The notes below the pieces were generated by a model, which searched no databases, was not told the DNA's origin, and saw only the letters and a program-made list of their open reading frames with translations. Source: Candidatus Electronema aureum (lineage in GTDB: Bacteria; Desulfobacterota; Desulfobulbia; Desulfobulbales; Desulfobulbaceae). From it: a stretch of DNA of 32,000 nt. The position numbers and the translations under genes were made by a program. This document shows, one piece after another, positions 19,079 to 27,120 of this stretch; the stretch's first letter is position 1, and every line of letters starts with the position of its first letter. The stretch is taken from assembly GCA_004284765.1 (NCBI GenBank), contig NQJD01000006.1:1-32000 (forward strand), given 5' to 3'.

Positions 19079-19389
19079 GCTCTTGCTCCTTCTTGGTAAC
19101 GGTCAGGCCACTCATTGCCCTGATGGAAATAAGGGACGCTGTTCTGCATTGATCCGAGATAGCTATAAATCATGTCCGCAGACAACACGTCCGGCAGACT
19201 TTGCACTCGTTGCAGCATCTCTGCCGGTGCGGTTTCCAGCGCATCTTCAACGCTGATTACCATTTTGCCGTCTTCCCTAACTGTGTGAATCTCCACACCG
19301 GAAAGGTCGGCCAGCAGCCCGCGCAGAGCCACCGGGCAGGCAGGGTGGATATGGACAACAATGCCGGATAAATTCATTTCATTCACCAT
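19075..19389 (-). CDS. napD: NapD-like chaperone, paralogue 1 (about 100-104 aa)
   Basis: MNLSGIVVHIHPACPVALRGLLADLSGVEIHTVREDGKMVISVE is colinear with the downstream NapD copy and carries an extra C-terminal tail. The start is either 19389 or 19377, and it overlaps the end of napF. Confidence 0.7.
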   Translation of the reverse strand: MVNEMNLSGIVVHIHPACPVALRGLLADLSGVEIHTVREDGKMVISVEDALETAPAEMLQRVQSLPDVLSADMIYSYLGSMQNSVPYFHQGNEWPDRYQEGARA

Positions 19390-19897
19390 CGTTGATGGTT
19401 ACCAAGGAGATTGCGCCGACCGGGCAAGGCCGGCAACAGTACCCGCAGCCGTTGCAGTGTTCAGCGGTAATTTGAGGTAACTGTCCTTCTATCTGCGGCA
19501 GGCGGATTGCTCCCGTTTCGCACTGTTCGACACAGGTAAGACAGAGCATCTGGCTGCGAAGTAAGCATGTTTCAGCAATGCGGACACGAAGATGCCACGG
19601 TGCTTTTTCTGCCTCAAACTGCAAGGCACCGGTTGGACAGCTGCGAGCGCAATCACCGCAGAAGGTGCAACTGCCTTGGGTGAAATCAACTGCCGGGAAG
19701 CTATCTTTGCCTATCACGATGATTCTGTTGCCGCAGGCAGCAGCACAGTTCCCGCAGCCGTCGCAAAGAGCGCGGAAGTCTTTGCCAGCAACAGACCAAG
19801 GTGGATAAAGCGGCATCGTCTTTTGCTGCACAGTGCTGGTCTCTTCCTTGAGAAGATATTCAAAACACTTGCTGGCGAGAAACGATGTAAGGCTCAT
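19379..19897 (-). CDS. napF: Ferredoxin-type protein NapF
   Basis: Four Fe-S Cys motifs (CDGCGNCAAAC, CTFCGDCARSCP, CLTCVEQC, CNGCGYCCRPCP). The start is placed at the ATG preceded by GGAGGGAGG. The ORF-track start at 19921 is an upstream TTG. Confidence 0.8.
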   Translation of the reverse strand: MSLTSFLASKCFEYLLKEETSTVQQKTMPLYPPWSVAGKDFRALCDGCGNCAAACGNRIIVIGKDSFPAVDFTQGSCTFCGDCARSCPTGALQFEAEKAPWHLRVRIAETCLLRSQMLCLTCVEQCETGAIRLPQIEGQLPQITAEHCNGCGYCCRPCPVGAISLVTINDGE

Positions 19898-19924
19898 TTT
19901 TACCTCCCTCCGGGCGTACAATCA

Positions 19925-19964
19925 GGAGAAGGAGAAGGAGAAGGAGAAGGAGAAGGAGAAGGAA
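19925..19964. repeat. Hexanucleotide microsatellite (GGAGAA)6 plus partial GGAA. It reads (TTCTCC)6 on the nap strand.
   Basis: Six perfect tandem copies counted directly. The tract is purely purine on the plus strand and lies 12-50 nt upstream of the napF RBS. Confidence 0.95.
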
Positions 19965-20005
19965 TTCTCTCCGTTATGTCTGTAGGTTGCAACACAATAC
20001 CACCT

Positions 20006-20023
20006 GCTTTCAATTTTGAAAGC
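20006..20023. promoter_or_regulatory. Candidate operator: inverted repeat GCTTTCAA-TT-TTGAAAGC
   Basis: Perfect 8-bp arms with a 2-bp spacer, about 117 nt upstream of the napF ATG in the nap/crp divergent region. Confidence 0.35.
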
Positions 20024-20175
20024 CACGCTGCATTTTCGTGACACTCAAACCCTTCTATGCAAAAAAGCATAGAATGTCAAATAGTTTTTCAGCACTCCCC
20101 TCTGTTGTTTTCTCTTGCAGATTAAAGAGAGATGAGGTTATAGAAATATAATACTTGCCCAACACGACTCATTCC

Positions 20176-20189
20176 TTGATCCAAGTCAA
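20176..20189. promoter_or_regulatory. FNR/DNR-type box TTGAT-N4-GTCAA
   Basis: TTGATccaaGTCAA has one mismatch to the TTGAT-N4-ATCAA consensus. It lies about 19 nt upstream of the Crp/Fnr gene start. Confidence 0.45.
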
Positions 20190-20207
20190 GAAAGAGAGAA
20201 AAAACAC

Positions 20208-20879
20208 ATGACCAGCAAAGAAAGAATCTTAGCCGACTCCATCCTCTTTCAGGGAATCTCTGAGCCACTGCTGCACCAGTTAGCCGCAATTGCCCAAGAA
20301 AAGCAATTTAACCGGGGCGAGACGGTCTTTTTGGAAGGAAGTCGCAGCAGTGGCTTTTATGTGGTGGCGCAAGGACAGGTCAAAATTATCAAGATGGCCT
20401 TGGACGGTAGAGAGCAGATCATCTATGCGCTCGGCGCAGGTGAACCATTTGGCTTGGCTCCGATCTTTCACGGCGAGTACTTCCCAGCCAGCGCGGTTTG
20501 CATGACCGTTTCTGTAGTGTATTTCTTCAAGAAGCAGGACGTTATTGCCTTGATCACTGCTCATCCTGATTTAGCCTTGGCGGTGATTGCCCTGCTGTCG
20601 TTGCGGCTGCGGCGTTTTGCTACCAAGATTGAAAGCCTGTCGCTGAAAGAGGTGCCAATGCGGTTGGCCACGCATTTAGTGTATCTCGCTGAGGAACAGG
20701 GCAAAAGCGAACAAGTGACGCTAGATATGCCCAAGAAGCAGCTTGCCAATTTACTCGGCACCAGTGCAGAAACGTTGTCGAGAATCTTTGCCGAGATGAG
20801 CGCAGCAGGGCTGATCCGGGTGGATGGCAAGAAGGTTGCGTTGCTCTGCTATGAGGAGTTGAAAAGAAAAAGCGGCTGA
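20208..20879 (+). CDS. Crp/Fnr-family transcriptional regulator (no N-terminal Cys cluster)
   Basis: A cNMP-binding-like beta-roll (FNRGETVFLEGSRSSGFYVVAQGQVKI) and a C-terminal HTH with an E--SR recognition helix (TSAETLSRIFAEMSAAGLI). It lacks the FNR-type Cys ligands. Confidence 0.85.
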   Translation: MTSKERILADSILFQGISEPLLHQLAAIAQEKQFNRGETVFLEGSRSSGFYVVAQGQVKIIKMALDGREQIIYALGAGEPFGLAPIFHGEYFPASAVCMTVSVVYFFKKQDVIALITAHPDLALAVIALLSLRLRRFATKIESLSLKEVPMRLATHLVYLAEEQGKSEQVTLDMPKKQLANLLGTSAETLSRIFAEMSAAGLIRVDGKKVALLCYEELKRKSG

Positions 20880-20934
20880 ACGAGCAAGCCGTCTCCGTCT
20901 TGCGCTCGACAAAAACGCCGCCATCCCACCTTAT

Positions 20935-20950
20935 TGTCGCATTCATAACA
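20935..20950. promoter_or_regulatory. NifA-type upstream activator sequence candidate (TGT-N10-ACA)
   Basis: TGTcgcattcataACA is centred about 108 bp upstream of the sigma54 -24 element. Confidence 0.45.
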
Positions 20951-21010
20951 AAGCAGTTCCCGCTCTACCAGCAGCAGTTCTCGCAGCCTTCCCCTGAGTA
21001 GTCTCTTTAA

Positions 21011-21970
<960 letters not shown>

Positions 21971-22022
21971 AATGGGCGTGGATGATAGCATGGAAATCAA
22001 GCCGGACAGATGATGCAGAATT

Positions 22023-22058
22023 GCATGTAGGGGCGCGGCATGCCGCGCCCCTACATGC
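22023..22058. repeat. Perfect 36-bp GC-rich palindrome downstream of nifH (GCATGTAGGGGCGCGGCA|TGCCGCGCCCCTACATGC)
   Basis: 18-bp arms read directly, with an extra GCCCCTAC copy just after and no T run. It could act as a partial terminator or an mRNA-stabilising hairpin. Confidence 0.8.
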
Positions 22059-22095
22059 CCCTACAAGATACCGAACATACAAGGAGACATGAATC

Positions 22096-22422
22096 ATGCT
22101 GATGATCAGAGCGATAGTACGACCGGAGAAATCAGACGAAGTGCTGGCCGCCCTTATGGATGCGGGCTTTCCGGCGGTCACAAAGTATTCGGTGGCCGGA
22201 CGCGGTAAGCAGCGTGGCATCAAGATTGGTGACGTGACCTATGATGAGATCCCGAAGACCATGCTGATGATGGTGGTCAAGGATGAGGACAAGGACTTTG
22301 TTATCCAGACGGTAATGGACACAGCGCGCACCGCTGGCAAGGGTGCCTTTGGTGACGGTAAGATCTTTGTCAGCGCGGTGGAAGAAGTCCACACGGTCAG
22401 CTCCGGCCAGAAGGAGGCCTGA
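22096..22422 (+). CDS. nifI1: PII-family nitrogenase regulator NifI1
   Basis: 108-aa GlnB-like protein (MIRAIVRPEK, T-loop GRGKQRG, GDGKIFV) between nifH and nifD. Confidence 0.85.
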   Translation: MLMIRAIVRPEKSDEVLAALMDAGFPAVTKYSVAGRGKQRGIKIGDVTYDEIPKTMLMMVVKDEDKDFVIQTVMDTARTAGKGAFGDGKIFVSAVEEVHTVSSGQKEA

Positions 22423-22424
22423 TC

Positions 22425-22799
22425 ATGAAAGAGGTGATTGCGGTTGTCCGCATCAACATGATGAACCAGACCAAGAAGGCTCTGAGCGATGCTGGCATTG
22501 CCGCCTTCTTTGCCCACGAATGCCAAGGCCGGGGCAAGGGCTTCATCAACCCGAAGATCCTCGAAGGCGTGGACAAGGGCTATGAGGAAGCGGCCTCGGT
22601 GCTGGGCGAGAAAGGCAAGCTCTACCCGAAGCGTATGGTGACGGCAGTGGTTGAGGACAGCCAAGTGGATGACGTGGTGCAGGCCATCATTGCTGTCAAC
22701 AAAACAGGCAAGCCCGGCGACGGCAAGATCTTTGTCCTGCCGGTCGCTGACGCAATCCGCGTCCGCACGGGTGAGAAAGGCGAGATCGCCATTGGCTGA
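22425..22799 (+). CDS. nifI2: PII-family nitrogenase regulator NifI2
   Basis: 124-aa GlnB-like protein with an extended T-loop region and GDGKIFVLPV. It starts 2 nt after the nifI1 stop. Confidence 0.85.
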   Translation: MKEVIAVVRINMMNQTKKALSDAGIAAFFAHECQGRGKGFINPKILEGVDKGYEEAASVLGEKGKLYPKRMVTAVVEDSQVDDVVQAIIAVNKTGKPGDGKIFVLPVADAIRVRTGEKGEIAIG

Positions 22800-22823
22800 G
22801 GTTCAACCGTTCAGGAGAATGCA

Positions 22824-24473
22824 ATGACAGCAGTAAAGAGCAGAAAGGCGCAGCTAGGGCCTGCGGAGGTCAAGGCCGAGCTGCTGGCCAAGTACCCGCC
22901 CAAGGTGGCCCGCAAGCGCAGCAAGCAGATCATGATCAACGAGGCGCTGGAGAATGGCACCCCGGAGATCACCGCCAACGTGCGCACCATACCCGGCATT
23001 ATTACGATGCGCGGCTGCACGTATGCGGGCTGCAAGGGCGTTATCATGGGGCCGACCAGAGACATTGTCAACCTGGTGCATGGGCCGATAGGATGCAGTT
23101 TCTACGCCTGGCTGACCCGGCGTAACCAGACCGACCCTGGTCCGGAAGGACCAGACGGCGAGAACTTCATGACCTACGCCTTCTCCACGGACATGCAGGA
23201 GCAGGATATCATCTTCGGCGGAGAGAAGAAGCTGGCAGCGGCGATTCAGGAAGCCTACGACCTCTTTCATCCTAAGTCGATAGCGGTCTTTGCCACCTGC
23301 CCGGTGGGTTTGATTGGCGATGACATCCACACCGTGTCGCGGCAGATGAAGGAGAAGCTGGGCGACTGCAATGTCTATGCCTTCAGTTGCGAGGGCTACA
23401 AGGGCGTGAGCCAGTCTGCCGGGCATCACATCGCCAACAACCAAGTCTTCAAGCACATAGTAGGTGTGGACGACCGGCCTGTGGAGGGCAAGTACAAGAT
23501 CAGCCTGCTGGGTGAGTACAACATCGGCGGGGACGGCTTTGAGATCGACCGTATATTCAAGAAGTGCGGCATCACCAACATCGCCACCTTCTCTGGCAAC
23601 AGCACGTACAAGCAGTTCGCCACTGCGCATCAGGCGGATCTCAACGCAGTCATGTGCCACCGCTCGATCAACTATGTGGCCGACATGATGGAGACCAAGT
23701 TCGGCATACCGTGGATCAAGGTCAACTTCATCGGGGCCAAGGCGACCGCCAAGTCCCTGCGCAAGATCGCGGCGTATTTCGAGGACAAGGAGCTGATTGA
23801 CCGGGTAGAGGCCGTGATTGCTGAGGAGATGCCGGAGGTCGAGGCAGCAGTTGCGGAGATCCTGCCGCGTACTGAGGGCAAGACCGCGATGATGTTCGTG
23901 GGCGGCTCACGGGCGCATCATTACAATGAGCTGTTCAAGGAGATGGGCATGAAGACCATCTCTGCGGGCTACGAGTTCGGCCACCGTGACGACTACGAGG
24001 GCCGCCGCGTCATCCCGACCATCGAGGTGGATGCGGACAGCCGCAACATCGAGGAGATTGAGGTCGAGGCGGATGCCACCCGCTTCAAGCCGCGCAAGAC
24101 AGCCGAGGCCATGCAGGCCCTCGAAGCAGCAGGCGCGGTCAAGTTCAAGGACTACGAGGGCCTTGCCCCGGACATGGAGGCAGGCACGCTCATTATCGAC
24201 GACCTCAACCAGCATGAGGCGGAGACGCTGGTCAAGCTGCTGAAGCCGGACATCTTCTGCGCGGGCATCAAGGAGAAGTTCTCCATCCAGAAGCTCGGCA
24301 TCCCGATGAAGCAGCTGCACAGCTACGACTCTGGTGGGCCGTATGCGGGCTTCCAAGGCGCGGTCAACTTCTACAAGGAAATAGACCGGCTGGTCAACAG
24401 CAAGGTTTGGTCGTACATGAAAGCGCCGTGGCAGGAGAACCCGCAGCTGTCTGGCGCGTATGTGTGGGAGTGA
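22824..24473 (+). CDS. nifD: Nitrogenase MoFe protein alpha chain NifD (anaerobe-type with about 50-aa insertion)
   Basis: P-cluster Cys contexts (MRGCTYAGCKGV, HGPIGC, TCPVGLIGDD) and FeMo-co ligand contexts (CHRSINY, LHSYDSGGPYAGF). An insertion sits around EVDADSRNIEEIEVEADATRFKPRK. Confidence 0.9.
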   Translation: MTAVKSRKAQLGPAEVKAELLAKYPPKVARKRSKQIMINEALENGTPEITANVRTIPGIITMRGCTYAGCKGVIMGPTRDIVNLVHGPIGCSFYAWLTRRNQTDPGPEGPDGENFMTYAFSTDMQEQDIIFGGEKKLAAAIQEAYDLFHPKSIAVFATCPVGLIGDDIHTVSRQMKEKLGDCNVYAFSCEGYKGVSQSAGHHIANNQVFKHIVGVDDRPVEGKYKISLLGEYNIGGDGFEIDRIFKKCGITNIATFSGNSTYKQFATAHQADLNAVMCHRSINYVADMMETKFGIPWIKVNFIGAKATAKSLRKIAAYFEDKELIDRVEAVIAEEMPEVEAAVAEILPRTEGKTAMMFVGGSRAHHYNELFKEMGMKTISAGYEFGHRDDYEGRRVIPTIEVDADSRNIEEIEVEADATRFKPRKTAEAMQALEAAGAVKFKDYEGLAPDMEAGTLIIDDLNQHEAETLVKLLKPDIFCAGIKEKFSIQKLGIPMKQLHSYDSGGPYAGFQGAVNFYKEIDRLVNSKVWSYMKAPWQENPQLSGAYVWE

Positions 24474-24474
24474 A

Positions 24475-24541
24475 CCGTAGGGGCAGGCCCCAGTGCCTGC
24501 CCTGAACGGAGCAGGGCGAACACAGGGGTTCGCCCCTACGG
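24475..24541. repeat. Pair of GC-rich hairpins enclosed by an outer CCGTAGGGGC / GCCCCTACGG stem
   Basis: GGGCAGGC-cccagt-GCCTGCCC and GGGCGAAC-acaggg-GTTCGCCC, starting 2 nt after the nifD stop. Confidence 0.75.
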
Positions 24542-24553
24542 TAGGACTGCTAC

Positions 24554-24668
24554 TTGGTGTAGACACCAAGTTTGCTTTGGTACAGACACCAAGTTTTGGT
24601 TGGTGCAGACACCAAGATCTGGTTGGTGCAGACACCAAGATCTGGTTGGTGCAGACACCAAGTTATAC
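24554..24668. repeat. Five tandem copies of a 23-bp unit, each containing the palindrome TTGGTG-NAGA-CACCAA
   Basis: Units start at 24554, 24577, 24600, 24623 and 24646. Units 3 and 4 are identical (TTGGTGCAGACACCAAGATCTGG). Confidence 0.9.
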
Positions 24669-24709
24669 CCTACAGCAGCACGTCCAGATGAGTTGTCCAT
24701 TTTCATACA

Positions 24710-26107
24710 ATGAATTCCTACGAGGCAAAGAACATGCTCTTACGACATACACCGAAAGAAATCACTGAGCGCAGTGCCTTGACCATCAACCCGGCCAAGA
24801 CCTGCCAGCCCATTGGCGCGATGTACGCGGCACTGGGCATCCACGGCTGCCTGCCGCACAGCCACGGCTCGCAGGGCTGCTGCGCCTATCACCGCTCCGC
24901 CTTAACCAGGCACTACAAGGAGCCGGTCTCGGCAGCCACCAGCTCGTTCACCGAAGGCTCGTCGGTCTTCGGAGGTCAGGCCAACCTGATGCAGGCCTTC
25001 AGCAACATCTTCACGGTCTACAACCCGGAGATCATTGCTGTACATACCACCTGCCTGTCCGAGACCATTGGCGACGACCTGCCGCAGATCAGGAAGAAGG
25101 CCATCGCCGAAGGCAAGATACCGGAAGGCAAGTACGTGATCAGCGCGTCCACGCCGAGCTACGCAGGCTCGCACGTGACTGGCTTCTCGAACATGGTCAA
25201 GGCCATGACCGAGCTGGCCGAGCCGACTGGCAAGAAGAACGGCAAGGTCAACTTGATCCCCGGCTGGGTCGAGCCGTGCGACATGGAGGAGCTGAAGCGT
25301 CTGAGCAAGCTGATGGGCGTGGGCACGATCATGTTCCCGGACACCTCCGGCGTGCTCAACACCCCGCTGACGGGCGAGTACAAGATGTTCCCGGACGGCG
25401 GCGTGACCATCGCCGAGCTGAAGTCAACCGCAGACTCCATCGGCACCATCGCGCTGGGCGAGTGGTGCTCCGGCGATGCGGCCCGCGAGCTGGACAGCAA
25501 GCACAAGGTGCCGTGCAAGGTGCTGGACATGCCCTTCGGCCTGAAAGCGACTGACCGCTTCGTTGACGCGCTGCACAAGATGGCGGGCGTGAATGTGCCG
25601 GAGGAGATCATGGTCGAGCGCGGGCAGCTTGTTGACCTGATTTCGGACATGCACCAGTACTTCTACCACAAGAAGGTGGCGCTGGCTGGTGATCCTGATC
25701 AGCTCATTGCCATGACCGAGTTCCTGGTGTCTATCGACATGTGCCCTGTGCACATCGTCACCGGCACGCCGGGCAAGAAGTTCGAGAAGCGCATCAAGGA
25801 GCTGACCGCCGGAATGCCGTATCAGGTCAACGTGCGGGCTAAAGGTGACTTCTTCCTCCTCCATCAGTGGATGAAGAACGAGCCGGTTGACCTGCTGATC
25901 AGCAACACCTACGGCAAGTACATCGCCCGTGATGAGGATGTGCCGTTCCTGCGCTGGGGCTTCCCGATATTAGACCGGCAAGGGCATCAGTACTTCCCGA
26001 CCGTGGGCTACAAAGGCGGCCTGCGCCTGCTGGAGAAGATATTGACGCTGCTGTTGGACAGGAAAGACCGGGACGATACGGAGATGAAGTTCGAGCTGGT
26101 GCTGTAG
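24710..26107 (+). CDS. nifK: Nitrogenase MoFe protein beta chain NifK
   Basis: ALTINPAKTCQPIGAMYAALG, HGSQGCCAY and TTCLSETIGDD. The more likely start is the ATG at 24734 (MLLRHTPKE), which has GAGG 8 nt upstream. Confidence 0.9.
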   Translation: MNSYEAKNMLLRHTPKEITERSALTINPAKTCQPIGAMYAALGIHGCLPHSHGSQGCCAYHRSALTRHYKEPVSAATSSFTEGSSVFGGQANLMQAFSNIFTVYNPEIIAVHTTCLSETIGDDLPQIRKKAIAEGKIPEGKYVISASTPSYAGSHVTGFSNMVKAMTELAEPTGKKNGKVNLIPGWVEPCDMEELKRLSKLMGVGTIMFPDTSGVLNTPLTGEYKMFPDGGVTIAELKSTADSIGTIALGEWCSGDAARELDSKHKVPCKVLDMPFGLKATDRFVDALHKMAGVNVPEEIMVERGQLVDLISDMHQYFYHKKVALAGDPDQLIAMTEFLVSIDMCPVHIVTGTPGKKFEKRIKELTAGMPYQVNVRAKGDFFLLHQWMKNEPVDLLISNTYGKYIARDEDVPFLRWGFPILDRQGHQYFPTVGYKGGLRLLEKILTLLLDRKDRDDTEMKFELVL

Positions 26108-26114
26108 GAAAGAG

Positions 26115-26160
26115 GCAGTTCATGATGAGGCGCAAGGCGTTGTCATGAACTGCTTTTTGT
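26115..26160 (+). terminator. nifK rho-independent terminator
   Basis: GCAGTTCATGA ... TCATGAACTGC forms an 11-bp stem followed by TTTTTGTTT. It sits between the convergent nifK and permease genes. Confidence 0.75.
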
Positions 26161-27057
26161 TTAAATCTCCCCCTGATTCGGCCCGCCACCCTTGCCGAAC
26201 AACGGCTTCAGCAGCAGTGCGCCGTAGAAGAGAATGCTTGAGACCAAGGCAATCAGCGCGCCGCTCGGCACCGGTAGAAAGCCGGACAGCAGCAGGCCCA
26301 GCACCGTACTGATCGTTGAGAAAAGCACACTGAGCCAGACAAAGCGGCGCAGGTTGGAAGCCAGCAGCTGTGCGCCAGCAGCAGGCACCACAATCAGCAC
26401 CAGCACCAATAACGAGCCAATCAGTTTCAGGCTCGACACTACCACAGCAGTCATCAGCACAACAAAGAGATATTCAAGAAAGACCGGCGAAAGGCCGCGC
26501 GCTTTGGCTAACGTCTTGTTGAAACTTGCCAACATGAAGCGGTTGAAGTTGCAGGCAAAGAGTACAGTAACCACTATCGAGGAGATAGCCAACGCAATCA
26601 AGTCGTTGTCATTCAGGGTGATGAGACTACCAAAGAGTATGCCTTCCACTTGATGAATGTTGAACTGCGTCGTCACAATGATCATCAGGATGATGCCGAG
26701 ACCGAGCGTTTGAGCCAGCACTACGCCGATGATAGTGTCATTAGCAAGGCGGGTACGGTTCTTGACAAAGGTCATCAGTAAAGCAACGATCAGGCAGAAA
26801 CCGTACAATCCTGCGTAGGTGGCATCGGCTGGCTCACCCAGCAGCAGACCAATGGCAACCCCGCTCATGGCCGCATTCCCGATGGTTTGGGTAAAGAAAG
26901 ACAGCTTTTTCGTCACCACCACCGTACCCATCGCACCGAGCAGCGGGCCAATGATAAAGGCAGCTAGCATTCCTCGGATCATGAAGGCGTGTTCAAAGAT
27001 AGCAGGGAGATAGCCAGCAGCAGTCCAGCCTTTGACGATGTTGTAGATGAGTTCCAT
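26161..27057 (-). CDS. Metal ABC transporter permease (ABC-3 / ZnuB-TroC family)
   Basis: 298-aa polytopic protein with ABC-3 family character and operon context with the ATPase and binding protein. Confidence 0.8.
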   Translation of the reverse strand: MELIYNIVKGWTAAGYLPAIFEHAFMIRGMLAAFIIGPLLGAMGTVVVTKKLSFFTQTIGNAAMSGVAIGLLLGEPADATYAGLYGFCLIVALLMTFVKNRTRLANDTIIGVVLAQTLGLGIILMIIVTTQFNIHQVEGILFGSLITLNDNDLIALAISSIVVTVLFACNFNRFMLASFNKTLAKARGLSPVFLEYLFVVLMTAVVVSSLKLIGSLLVLVLIVVPAAGAQLLASNLRRFVWLSVLFSTISTVLGLLLSGFLPVPSGALIALVSSILFYGALLLKPLFGKGGGPNQGEI

Positions 27058-27120
27058 AAAATCAGATGAATGGATGTTGAGCTTCGGTTGTTGGGCTTAG
27101 CTGCCACACATTCAGGCTGA

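Noticed and set aside
19592-20041. 149-aa plus-strand ORF containing GEGEGEGEGEGE.
   Set aside because: It is antisense to napF and then reads through the (GGAGAA)6 microsatellite. It has no RBS or domain, and the repeat is better explained as a non-coding leader element.
23907-24638. 243-aa minus-strand ORF spanning the nifD 3' end and the nifD-nifK spacer.
   Set aside because: It is antisense to nifD. It merely translates the GC-rich hairpins (VGANPCVRP, RAGTGACPY) and the tandem repeats, so it is an artefact of repeat sequence.
24554-24668. Possible CRISPR array, given regularly spaced palindromic repeats.
   Set aside because: The units are only 23 bp and directly abutting, with no unique spacers. 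No cas genes are nearby. It is a tandem repeat, not a CRISPR array.
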